A stretch of 51,483 nt of DNA. Origin: Nanobdellota archaeon (lineage in GTDB: Archaea; Nanobdellota; Nanobdellia; Woesearchaeales; WJIZ01). This document shows, piece after piece, positions 42,792 through 50,521 of this stretch. The notes under the pieces are model-generated. The model did not search any database. It was not told where the DNA came from and worked only from the letters and a program-made list of their open reading frames with translations. The translations under genes and the position numbers were made by a program. Every line of letters starts with the position of its first letter. The stretch's first letter is position 1. The stretch spans positions 1-51,483 of the forward strand of contig JAGLMD010000020.1 in NCBI GenBank assembly GCA_023140175.1. The letters run 5' to 3'.

Positions 42792-42929
42792 ATGGCAGAA
42801 TATAAATGTCTTGAATGCAATAAAAAAGTTGCGACAGATTATCTAAGAAAAAAAGTAAGGTGCCCTTATTGTGGCAGCAAGATACTATTTAAGCCAAGAA
42901 CAATTTCCACAAAAATAAAGGCAAGATGA
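42792..42929 (+). CDS. rpoP: DNA-directed RNA polymerase subunit P (Rpo12), 45 aa (not in ORF track)
   Basis: MAEYKCLECNKKVATDYLRKKVRCPYCGSKILFKPRTISTKIKAR. It has a CxxC...CxxC zinc ribbon with the YxCxxC...RCPxCGxxILxKxR pattern. The rpl37ae-rpoP order is conserved in archaea. ATGA overlap with the next gene. Confidence 0.8.
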   Translation: MAEYKCLECNKKVATDYLRKKVRCPYCGSKILFKPRTISTKIKAR

Positions 42930-43156
42930 AATATAATCTTGTGTTGGCAGTTGATGCTGAAAACCCTGAAAAACTTTTTCAGATTATTCAGCCCGAAATC
43001 AATAAAAAAAAGAGATCGGAAATAAAGGTTAAGAAAGAAAAACAAAAAATTATATTAGAAGTTTCGGCTATTGATGCGATTGCTCTTAAAGCATCTACAA
43101 ACTTATTGTTGAAGATATTAGAAATTTATGAAAAAAGTAAAGAATTGATTGAATAA
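42926..43156 (+). CDS. pcc1: KEOPS complex subunit Pcc1-like protein
   Basis: 76 aa. ...IILEVSAIDAIALKASTNLLLKILEIYE matches the Pcc1/CTAG pattern (A.D..ALRA..N). It sits between rpoP and prefoldin beta, as in many archaea. Confidence 0.6.
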   Translation: MKYNLVLAVDAENPEKLFQIIQPEINKKKRSEIKVKKEKQKIILEVSAIDAIALKASTNLLLKILEIYEKSKELIE

Positions 43157-43164
43157 AATACAAA

Positions 43165-43545
43165 ATGGCGGAAGACAAAGAAAATTTGAACAAAGTTCAG
43201 GATTCATTAGGGCAGAGCTCCAATGAAACAGAACAAAAAATAAATCAGCTGCAATTATATGAACAAAGCCTGCAAAATATACTTCTTCAGAAACAGCAGT
43301 TCCAGGCACAGGCTACTGAAATAGATTCTGCCCTTAGCCAGCTCGAAGGCTCTTCAGTTTCCTATAAGATCATAGGTAATATCATGATTAAATCTAAAAA
43401 AGAAGAGTTAGAGAAGGACTTAAAAGAAAAGAAATCTATAGCACAATTAAGAATAAAAACATTCGAGAAACAGGAATCAGATATAAAGGAAAAAGTAAAA
43501 AGTCTGCAGGAAGAAGTGATGAAAAATATCCAGAATAAAGATTGA
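43165..43545 (+). CDS. pfdB: Prefoldin subunit beta
   Basis: 126 aa. Two coiled-coil arms flank a central beta hairpin (SVSYKIIGNIMIKSKKEELEKDL). The length and heptad pattern are typical of prefoldin beta. Confidence 0.8.
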   Translation: MAEDKENLNKVQDSLGQSSNETEQKINQLQLYEQSLQNILLQKQQFQAQATEIDSALSQLEGSSVSYKIIGNIMIKSKKEELEKDLKEKKSIAQLRIKTFEKQESDIKEKVKSLQEEVMKNIQNKD

Positions 43546-43548
43546 AAA

Positions 43549-43797
43549 ATGCCGCAAGAAGAAAAGCTTAGTGAGATTATAGAAACAATTCAGGAATTAT
43601 GTGATGATGCGACAGCTCCAAAAAACATTAAGTTAAAATTCCATGGAATAATTTCTTCATTGAACAGTTCCCAGGAATTATCAGTCAAGGTGAACAAAGC
43701 ATTGCATGATCTAGACGAGATAAGTGATGATACAAACCTTCAGACATATATAAGAACACAGATATGGAACATAGCTTCAATGTTAGAAAAACTTTAA
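43549..43797 (+). CDS. UPF0147-family small helical protein
   Basis: 82 aa. ...DDATAPKNIKLKFHGIISSLN...LSVKVNKALHDLDEISDDTNLQTYIRTQIWNIASMLE resembles the archaeal UPF0147 pattern (PrNIR ... LdeisnDpN.p...RT.iW...s.LE). Confidence 0.55.
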   Translation: MPQEEKLSEIIETIQELCDDATAPKNIKLKFHGIISSLNSSQELSVKVNKALHDLDEISDDTNLQTYIRTQIWNIASMLEKL

Positions 43798-44078
43798 CTA
43801 TTCCCTAAATCCCCTTCTCTCAGAATAACCTCTTCTTCATTAAGATATTCCTCCAAAGTCAGTTTATTGGTTATATATTTAATTTGAAGATCTTTCAGGG
43901 GATTATCAATCTCATCTATGCTTATTATAAGCATTGAAGAAGATAGTAGTTCCTTATCATCAGTATTATCATTGACATAATTTTTACTCAAACTCATAGT
44001 TGCTGTTCCTATGATTAGCGCAAATACAACTAAGAGGATAGTGGCAACTAACGGAGATAATGCTCTTTTATTAAGCAT
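43794..44078 (-). CDS. Archaeal type IV pilin-like protein (class III signal peptide, DUF1628-type N-terminus)
   Basis: 94 aa. MLNKRALSPLVATILLVVFALIIGTATMSL matches the KR-[GA]-x-SP-[VIL]-[VI]-AT-[VI]-LL prepilin/archaellin-type N-terminus. Confidence 0.7.
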   Translation of the reverse strand: MLNKRALSPLVATILLVVFALIIGTATMSLSKNYVNDNTDDKELLSSSMLIISIDEIDNPLKDLQIKYITNKLTLEEYLNEEEVILREGDLGNS

Positions 44079-44418
44079 TTTTCCTCTTATTTATTTTATC
44101 CCTATTATTCTTCTCTAAATATTCTCTTTGGATTAATAGGAAATAAATGAAGATAGTTATAATAATAAATTCAAATACGGCATTAATGATCCTCGGAACA
44201 ACAATTATGCCTGCAAATATAAAAACAGTCAATAGCTCTTCAACTATATAGACAGCTACTGCAAAAAACAATAATTTCCATGGAAGCAAAAATACCTTTT
44301 TATTGTGTATACTGAATAGCTTAAGAAACAGCACTAAGACTACCAAAACTAAAGTAAGGTTATAGTAAGGCGCTACTAGCCCCAGACATTCTCCAAAAGG
44401 TAAATTGTTACTTATCAT
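44071..44418 (-). CDS. Small polytopic membrane protein (3 predicted TM helices)
   Basis: 115 aa and hydrophobic throughout. It overlaps the downstream pilin-like gene by 8 nt and the upstream gene by 4 nt, which suggests an operon. Confidence 0.6.
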   Translation of the reverse strand: MISNNLPFGECLGLVAPYYNLTLVLVVLVLFLKLFSIHNKKVFLLPWKLLFFAVAVYIVEELLTVFIFAGIIVVPRIINAVFEFIIITIFIYFLLIQREYLEKNNRDKINKRKNA

Positions 44419-44708
44419 TTTTCAACAATATTTATGTGTATCTGTAATGCTAATGCATATATTAGCAAGCCCAAAATAATAGTAGGCACAATATGAGTTA
44501 GAAACGGAGATGAAAAAATGCCAAATGCCCTTAAGGCACCCAATATTCCCTGTATCATAAAAAATAGCAAAGCACCAGCCAATGCGCCCCAGGACATTAG
44601 CTTCTTTCTTCCGCGGCTCATGCTATAGAGCCCTATTGCAATATATCCTGCAATAATTGAAAGAACCACATTCGTGACCTTCAACATACCTTCAAAAAAA
44701 TCGATCAA
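44415..44708 (-). CDS. Small polytopic membrane protein (3 predicted TM helices)
   Basis: 97 aa and the first gene of a three-gene minus-strand operon. A BRE/TATA-like aaaagatttaaatac (reverse complement of about 44741-44755) lies upstream. Confidence 0.6.
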   Translation of the reverse strand: MIDFFEGMLKVTNVVLSIIAGYIAIGLYSMSRGRKKLMSWGALAGALLFFMIQGILGALRAFGIFSSPFLTHIVPTIILGLLIYALALQIHINIVEK

Positions 44709-44763
44709 GCTATCACCCTTAAAAATATCTCTTCCTTATGTATTTAAATCTTTTCCTTCCTAA

Positions 44764-44820
44764 ACTTTTGCGTTTTACTCATAAAAGCAAGACACTATTT
44801 CATATATAAAACGCAAAAGT
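44764..44820. repeat. Perfect 14-nt inverted repeat (ACTTTTGCGTTTTA / TAAAACGCAAAAGT) with 29-nt spacer in a divergent promoter region
   Basis: Arms lie at 44764-44777 and 44807-44820. The left arm starts ~10 nt upstream of the BRE of the minus-strand operon. It shares the 9-mer TTGCGTTTT/AAAACGCAA with the inverted repeat at 50321-50441. Confidence 0.8.
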
Positions 44821-44903
44821 CTAGCCTTCAGAACATTTGCCTAAAACCATATCCAGACCTAAGCAGGTATATCTATAATATACCCCCATATTATGTTTCC
44901 ATA

Positions 44904-45722
44904 ATGTATTATTTAGAATCCGCTAAAGAAATCATACATTTACTATTTATTAGTAGTCAAAATATAAAAAGATTTAAAAAGATACATTCATTACTAAGGC
45001 ATATGTTGGGGGTAAAACATACAAAACAAACTATAAGTAGGCATATCCTCCTTATTGTCTTTCTAATCGGGATTATATCGGGCCTATTAATAAGCTCAAT
45101 ACCAAACACAAAAAACAAAATCCAGGAATATCAGGAAATACCCAACTCCATTGATCCTATGCTGAGCTTGGACTTTCAATATAAAACAGATAGTACTGTA
45201 GATAGCCCGGGCCTCAACACAAAAATAAGCAATAATCCAGAAGAGATCAATATGCCAACAACAACCAATATTTATAGAAACAATATCTTGAACAATAACA
45301 ATATACCAATGCTAAATGACAAAAAGACTAACCAAAACATATTTATCTCAGAAAAAAACAGTTCACCATCTGACAGAATCACAGAAAAAGACATCAGAAT
45401 ATATAATAGAAGAGTCATAATAGATATAGGCAGCACAGTTCTGGCAAAATTTACAGATACAAGATCAATGGAGCCTGTAATAAATAAAGACTCAAATGCA
45501 ATTGAGATAGTGCCTGAAAGTATAGATGACATAAACATAGGTGACATCATATCTTATAAATCTGCATTTTCAGATGGAATCATAATTCATAGGGTAGTTG
45601 AAAAAAGGATAGATAGCAAAGGAACATACCTTAGAACAAAAGGAGACAACCTCAAAAACATAGACCCCGAAAAAATAAGAGAAGAACAGATAAAAAGGCT
45701 TGTAGTAGGAATCCTATACTAG
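44904..45722 (+). CDS. Signal peptidase I, archaeal/eukaryal (Sec11/S26B) type
   Basis: 272 aa. TM anchor HILLIVFLIGIISGLLISS. Catalytic Ser box DTRSMEPVI. GDIISYK. His box IIHRVVEK. TKGDNL (GDN box). An N/T/I-rich ~110-aa linker lies between the TM helix and the catalytic domain. The start could instead be the ATG at 45003. Confidence 0.75.
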   Translation: MYYLESAKEIIHLLFISSQNIKRFKKIHSLLRHMLGVKHTKQTISRHILLIVFLIGIISGLLISSIPNTKNKIQEYQEIPNSIDPMLSLDFQYKTDSTVDSPGLNTKISNNPEEINMPTTTNIYRNNILNNNNIPMLNDKKTNQNIFISEKNSSPSDRITEKDIRIYNRRVIIDIGSTVLAKFTDTRSMEPVINKDSNAIEIVPESIDDINIGDIISYKSAFSDGIIIHRVVEKRIDSKGTYLRTKGDNLKNIDPEKIREEQIKRLVVGILY

Positions 45723-45851
45723 ATCGATTTAAACAACTCAAATCAACAGGAAAAAAGGAAAATATAAAAATATAAAGAAATAACTACATAGTAGCCGAAC
45801 ATAATCATAGTATAATATATATCAAATATGTAAATTTGGGAGTACAACAAA

Positions 45852-46193
45852 ATGAATAAAATGCTTAAACCGATGACTATCATGTCTATTTTATTGACAT
45901 CCATATTATTGACAGCCTGCAGCCAGACAACAGAAGAAGAGGCAATAAGGATAACACGGGATTTTGTGAACGAGAATGTCAAATTCTATGTTAATGAAGA
46001 TGAAGAAACACCAATAGTGCAAAGAGCGATGATCACTATAATGAACACAGAGAAAATAAATGATAACTGGAACATATACCTAAACATTAAATCCAACCAC
46101 ACAGGAGAACTAAAACAGACCAACCAAGTGATCACAGTAGACGGAAAAAATGGTGAAGTCATAGGCATGAAAAAGATAGAGATAAATAAGTAG
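45852..46193 (+). CDS. Small lipoprotein-like secreted protein (PepSY-like pattern, weak)
   Basis: 113 aa. Signal peptide with lipobox-like LTAC (MSILLTSILLTACSQ). The ending ...VITVDGKNGEVIGMKKIE is reminiscent of PepSY-type domains. Confidence 0.55.
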   Translation: MNKMLKPMTIMSILLTSILLTACSQTTEEEAIRITRDFVNENVKFYVNEDEETPIVQRAMITIMNTEKINDNWNIYLNIKSNHTGELKQTNQVITVDGKNGEVIGMKKIEINK

Positions 46194-46196
46194 TTT

Positions 46197-46384
46197 GTCT
46201 AAGGTCATAGGATATTGCACCCCAACCAGTTTTCTTCCTAAATATTGCTTTACCTCTTTATGTTTCCAGTTATTCTTGAAGTAAAAGATGCGCAACTTGT
46301 CTGTTATTAATGGGTTTCTCAGTTTCATGCCCCCCTTAAATCAAAATGATTTAAAGAGGGGTGCAATATCCAGTGAACCTAGAC
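46197..46384. mobile_element. 188-bp element bounded by ~27-nt imperfect terminal inverted repeats (MITE-like), internal hairpin
   Basis: The left end is gtctaaggtcataggatattgcacccc (46197-46223). The reverse complement of the right end (46358-46384) is gtctaggttcactggatattgcacccc, so the 14 inner nt are perfect. An internal hairpin is ccccttaaatca/tgatttaaagagggg (about 46331-46361). No transposase is present. Confidence 0.35.
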
Positions 46385-46445
46385 AAGATAAATAAGTAGT
46401 TACAAAAAACCAAATTTTAAATATTAGTGTATATAAATAAGTTAT

Positions 46446-47261
46446 ATGGTTCTCGAAAGCCTGATTAGCCCTATAAAAGCAGAAAAAAAGCCGTGGGAAA
46501 TGTTCTTTATTGGCATACTGTACAGTTCAATTGCTATCATAATATCAATATTTCTCTTCAGGGATTATGCCAGCTTAATTGCCATATTCTTTACTGTAAT
46601 GGCAAGCATCCCGATAATATATTGGACAATAAAGATGGAAGAAAAAAAGGATCTTTCAATACACGAAGAAAAAGTCCTTATAAAAGAGCATGGAAAAGCA
46701 CTCGCTTTCTTTGTTTTCTTATTTCTGGGTTTTGTTGTCTCTTTCTCTTTATGGTATGTCCTTTTGCCTGCAGATATATCATCAAAAGTTTTTGAGATAC
46801 AAACTAACACCATAAGCCAGATAAACAATCCATTGACAGGAAATGCATATAACCTTGCGGGCACATTTACTAAGATACTTTTTAATAACATAAAAGTCCT
46901 TTTATTCTGTCTTATATTCGCTTTTTTCTATGGCTTCGGTGCAATATTTATTTTGACATGGAATGCATCTATAATAGGCGTAGCTATAGGAGACTTCATG
47001 AAATCCCACATAGGGAATTATGCGGCAATAATGTCAATTGCACTGCTAAAATATCTTATCCATGGCATACCCGAAATATTAGCATACTTTATGGCAGGTT
47101 TGGCAGGAGGAATAATATCAATTGCAGTGATAAGGCACGACTTAAAATCAAATAAATTTAAACATATTCTCCTAGATTCTGCTGACTTGACATTTGGCGC
47201 TGTAGTTATGCTTGTGATAGCTGCCCTGTTAGAAGTATTTGTATCTCCATTGATTATTTAG
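46446..47261 (+). CDS. SpoIIM-like (DUF95) integral membrane protein
   Basis: 271 aa with ~6 TM helices. ...NNIKVLLFCLIFAFFYGFGAIFILTWNASIIGVAIG...HGIPEILAYFMAGLAGG matches the stage II sporulation protein M family pattern. Confidence 0.65.
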   Translation: MVLESLISPIKAEKKPWEMFFIGILYSSIAIIISIFLFRDYASLIAIFFTVMASIPIIYWTIKMEEKKDLSIHEEKVLIKEHGKALAFFVFLFLGFVVSFSLWYVLLPADISSKVFEIQTNTISQINNPLTGNAYNLAGTFTKILFNNIKVLLFCLIFAFFYGFGAIFILTWNASIIGVAIGDFMKSHIGNYAAIMSIALLKYLIHGIPEILAYFMAGLAGGIISIAVIRHDLKSNKFKHILLDSADLTFGAVVMLVIAALLEVFVSPLII

Positions 47262-49084
47262 TTGCTAGAATCAAATTCTTCTGCTAATTCAACAAAAAAA
47301 GCATTGCTCCATGCCTGGCTTAAGCAGCCCTGGCTGCTTTGCTTTGAAGCAGAACTTACTTCAGAATGGCATCCGATAAAACCGCTAAATAATATATCCT
47401 CGCTGCTGGCTTCTAAAATCTTATCTACATAAGGCTTAAACCGTTCATAATCAAGCCTATAAAGAACTAATGCTGCTAAATTATTCAACCAGAACCATGA
47501 ATCTCCCCTATGATAACTTACTGGACTTTCACCTGTGCTCTCACTATGGAAGTTGATATCTTCTTTATCCAATGTTGATAACCCACCCCATTCAAGCCAG
47601 AGCTTAGGAAGAACAGTTTCAAAGCACTGTACCCATTCCTCTCTGCTTAACAACTCAGGACAGATATATGCCGCTATAAAGAGATTGGGCCTTATTCTTG
47701 AATCGTTAAGGCCGTCATTAAGATAAGAGCCATTCCAGAATAATTCCTTGGTTTTCTTTAATAATTTCTCCTCTATGTCTTTGTATATCCTGCTGTCTGT
47801 AAGCCTATACAAAAAAGTATACATATGTATTCTCAATGCTTGAATCTCTATTCTGGCACCGCTTCTGCCATCTCCGTCTACTTTTGTATCCATCCATGTT
47901 TCCTGATCACCATTTATAGCCAAACAATCTGAAGTATATCTGCCAAATATTTTATTGATAGAATCCTGAAGCTTGTTTTTTATAAAAATAATTTCTGACC
48001 TCTTGAAATAGTTCTTTAATTCTCCCTCCTTTCGAAGTATCTCTATAAAATCAGCCCACCTTTTGAAATACCAGCCGATAGCATCGGCACATTTTGTGAT
48101 AGTGGACGGAAATCTGTTTGGCAGCAGCCCATCCTCTCCGATATTATGAAGAAAGCCCATAAGGATTCTTTTCACAGTATCATATTCCTTATCCAGCATC
48201 AATGCCTTTAAAGATATCAATATATCTCTGCTCCAGAATTGAAAAAACCATGGCAAACCCGCATAAAGGTTTACATCATCATTATCATAATGCACAAGCA
48301 GGCTGTCTAACGATTCCATAGCACACTTTGCAGCAATGTTTAATCTCTCATCCTTAATATCACCTATTGATACTTTAACATATTCTTTTTGCAAGGCCTT
48401 ATATTTATCAAGATGCCTCATTATATTATTGCATATGTTTACTGCTTCCTTTTTACTTTCAGAAAAAGAAAAGATAATTTTCCCTGGTTTTAATCTCAGG
48501 CATTTATAGGCATATCTATCTGAAGGATAAGATTCCCTTTCTTTATCAAAATAATAACTCTGATTTTCCCATTCATCCAGGATATCAACAAAAGAACTAT
48601 TATGATCTATCACAATAAAAACACTGTACTCCTTCTCTCCATGAGTATTATCTTCTCTATCATCCGTTGTCTTTGTAAACTCGACTATGACCTTATCATC
48701 CTCTTTCCATAACTTATAATTTCTTCCCCATACCCTATTATCATATGCTTTCTTCACATCAAATAATAATTCAACATCTCCTTCTCCTTTATGTTCATAA
48801 ACAAGCGCATCCTTTCCAAAAGGCATAAAAAAAGACTCACTCATCCTATTCCTATATCTAATAATGCTGGAAAAGTCATTTCTTATCTCCTTTATATCAT
48901 CTTTAACCCTTATTTCATCAAGTACCTTTATCACATCATCCCCTAATCTGAAGAACAGCCCCCTATATCTTGAAGAAACACCAAGATTGAAAAAACCTCC
49001 TTTTCTATTTGTTATAAGAAATCCTGCTTCTTTATCAGCTTCTTTAGAGATTTCTTTACCATTAAAATTATGAGTTATAAGCAA
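47258..49084 (-). CDS. Amylo-alpha-1,6-glucosidase family protein (archaeal-type glycogen debranching enzyme, GDE_C)
   Basis: 608 aa. GLPWFFQFWSRDILISL and SYHRGDSWFWLNN match the GDE_C family motifs (PWF..FGRD ; YH.G..W.W). The start is a TTG at 49082-49084 preceded by an SD-like aaggggtagataggt. The first in-frame ATG would remove the conserved N-terminal domain. It overlaps the convergent SpoIIM-like gene by 4 nt. Confidence 0.8.
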   Translation of the reverse strand: MLITHNFNGKEISKEADKEAGFLITNRKGGFFNLGVSSRYRGLFFRLGDDVIKVLDEIRVKDDIKEIRNDFSSIIRYRNRMSESFFMPFGKDALVYEHKGEGDVELLFDVKKAYDNRVWGRNYKLWKEDDKVIVEFTKTTDDREDNTHGEKEYSVFIVIDHNSSFVDILDEWENQSYYFDKERESYPSDRYAYKCLRLKPGKIIFSFSESKKEAVNICNNIMRHLDKYKALQKEYVKVSIGDIKDERLNIAAKCAMESLDSLLVHYDNDDVNLYAGLPWFFQFWSRDILISLKALMLDKEYDTVKRILMGFLHNIGEDGLLPNRFPSTITKCADAIGWYFKRWADFIEILRKEGELKNYFKRSEIIFIKNKLQDSINKIFGRYTSDCLAINGDQETWMDTKVDGDGRSGARIEIQALRIHMYTFLYRLTDSRIYKDIEEKLLKKTKELFWNGSYLNDGLNDSRIRPNLFIAAYICPELLSREEWVQCFETVLPKLWLEWGGLSTLDKEDINFHSESTGESPVSYHRGDSWFWLNNLAALVLYRLDYERFKPYVDKILEASSEDILFSGFIGCHSEVSSASKQSSQGCLSQAWSNAFFVELAEEFDSSN

Positions 49085-49115
49085 ACCTATCTACCCCTTT
49101 TTTAGTTTTAATATC

Positions 49116-49203
49116 GTGAATTGCGATGATTAGTGTATATTATTTAATGCAATTCACTAGATTGATAATTGCGCCTATTTTAACTAATTAGCGCAATTAT
49201 CAA
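49116..49203 (-). promoter_or_regulatory. Two adjacent inverted repeats sharing an AATTGCG core, in the predicted ~110-nt leader of the debranching-enzyme gene
   Basis: IR1 is GTGAATTGC (49116-49124) with GCAATTCAC (49149-49157). IR2 is TTGATAATTGCGC (49162-49174) with GCGCAATTATCAA (49191-49203), 13 bp perfect. A minus-strand BRE/TATA (gaaatgtttatata, TATA = reverse complement of 49218-49225) places the expected TSS near 49194, inside IR2. Confidence 0.5.
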
Positions 49204-49278
49204 TACAAAAAAAGAAATATATAAACATTTCTATTGAATGTCCTTAGTATTATGTATCCTTAAGAATAGCTGCTTAAT

Positions 49279-50274
49279 CTACTTGGTATTCAGCTTCTTT
49301 TTAGTGACTTTCACTGAAACTTTACGCATCATAGAATTGGATTCTTTCAACGTAAGAAGCTTATTCTTTGCTCCGTGATAAGATATGACTGATTCAGCAT
49401 TAGTGGTAGCAAGCTTCATAGCATAAGCTACATCATTTTCCTTTATTATTCCAGCAAGAAAAGACGAAGCAAAAGCATCTCCTGCACCAGTAGTCTCGAC
49501 TATTCTAATATTATGAATAGCTGCAAAATACAGATATCCATCATGGTAGCAATATGCTCCCCTTTTGCCATCCGTAATAACAACATACTTAGGCCCTAAT
49601 TCATTAAGCTTTTGACACAGATAAGGTATAGTATCCTTTCCGGCAATCAAACCAGCCTCTTCTTTATTCAATACCAATATCTCAGTTCTTGAAAGAATCT
49701 CCTTAAGAAATGTGCTTCCCTTCTCTGCTAAATAAGAACTAGGATTAAAAGCAATCTTTATTTTATTCTTCTCAGCATATTTAGCGAGCTGTTCCTGAGC
49801 CTTAAATGCCTTGCCAAGCATGGCTGAAAAATAAAACCATTTTGTCTTCAGCTTTTTCTTGTCTATATCCTTAAAAATCAGTTCATTATTAAGTCCTTTA
49901 TACGCAAGTATTGTTCTGTCATGCTCAATGCTGTCCAGGATTATTGAATAGCCTGTCTGCCCGTTTTTTCTTACAACTAAACTAGTATCAACCTTAAACT
50001 GATTTAATGCATTCAAAACTATTTCAGAATTCTCACATTTCCCCATACAACCCAAATATGCCGCTTTATGGCCCAATTTAGATAAAGACACAGCAACATT
50101 AGTCCCTCCTCCACCTGTAGTGAAATCGAGCTCATCAACAAGAATCTTAGAACCGACAGGGTATGATAGCAGATTTTCCTCCCCATTAATGTCTTTTATC
50201 TTTATAAGTTCAGAATACTTTGTCTTTACAAATACATCAACAGTAGAACTCCCGACACATATAACATCAAACAT
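49279..50274 (-). CDS. PfkB-family carbohydrate/nucleoside kinase (ribokinase-like)
   Basis: 331 aa. N-terminal TTGGGGTNVAV (GG motif) and C-terminal VETTGAGDAFASSFLAG (PfkB signature DTxGAGD). Confidence 0.85.
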   Translation of the reverse strand: MFDVICVGSSTVDVFVKTKYSELIKIKDINGEENLLSYPVGSKILVDELDFTTGGGGTNVAVSLSKLGHKAAYLGCMGKCENSEIVLNALNQFKVDTSLVVRKNGQTGYSIILDSIEHDRTILAYKGLNNELIFKDIDKKKLKTKWFYFSAMLGKAFKAQEQLAKYAEKNKIKIAFNPSSYLAEKGSTFLKEILSRTEILVLNKEEAGLIAGKDTIPYLCQKLNELGPKYVVITDGKRGAYCYHDGYLYFAAIHNIRIVETTGAGDAFASSFLAGIIKENDVAYAMKLATTNAESVISYHGAKNKLLTLKESNSMMRKVSVKVTKKKLNTK

Positions 50275-50296
50275 AGATTAAAACAGATTGAAGGGA

Positions 50297-50310
50297 TATA
50301 TAAAGTTTTT
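50297..50310 (-). promoter_or_regulatory. BRE/TATA promoter of the PfkB kinase gene (minus strand AAAAACTTTATATA), leaderless spacing
   Basis: The reverse complement of 50297-50310 reads aaaaactttatata. The TATA-proximal edge is 23 nt from the ATG at 50274. Confidence 0.6.
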
Positions 50311-50320
50311 TCTTTATTGA

Positions 50321-50441
50321 CTGGAGTCTTGCGTTTTTTAGTTCTCCTACAAGTGAATTACCAATTCAGTTTGAAATATGCCTCAAAATTTTGCCAATTT
50401 AAAGCTTAAAAAGAGCATCTTAAAAAAACGCAAGACACCAG
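50321..50441. repeat. ~20-nt inverted repeat (CTGGAGTCTTGCGTTTTTT / AAAAAAACGCAAGACACCAG) with ~80-nt spacer in a divergent promoter region
   Basis: The left arm is 50321-50339. The reverse complement of the right arm (50422-50441) is ctggtgtcttgcgttttttt, with one mismatch. The left arm begins ~10 nt upstream of the BRE of the PfkB promoter, the same geometry as 44764-44820. Confidence 0.8.
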
Positions 50442-50521
50442 TTAGAAAATGCAACATAAATATTCTCTTATATACTATAACACAACAAAGCTATTAAAAA
50501 GTAGATTGCTCTTATAATAAA

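Noticed and set aside
45743-45982. 79-aa hydrophobic minus-strand ORF
   Set aside because: It overlaps the start and signal peptide of the better-supported plus-strand lipoprotein-like gene (45852-46193). Its composition is typical of an AT-rich antisense frame.
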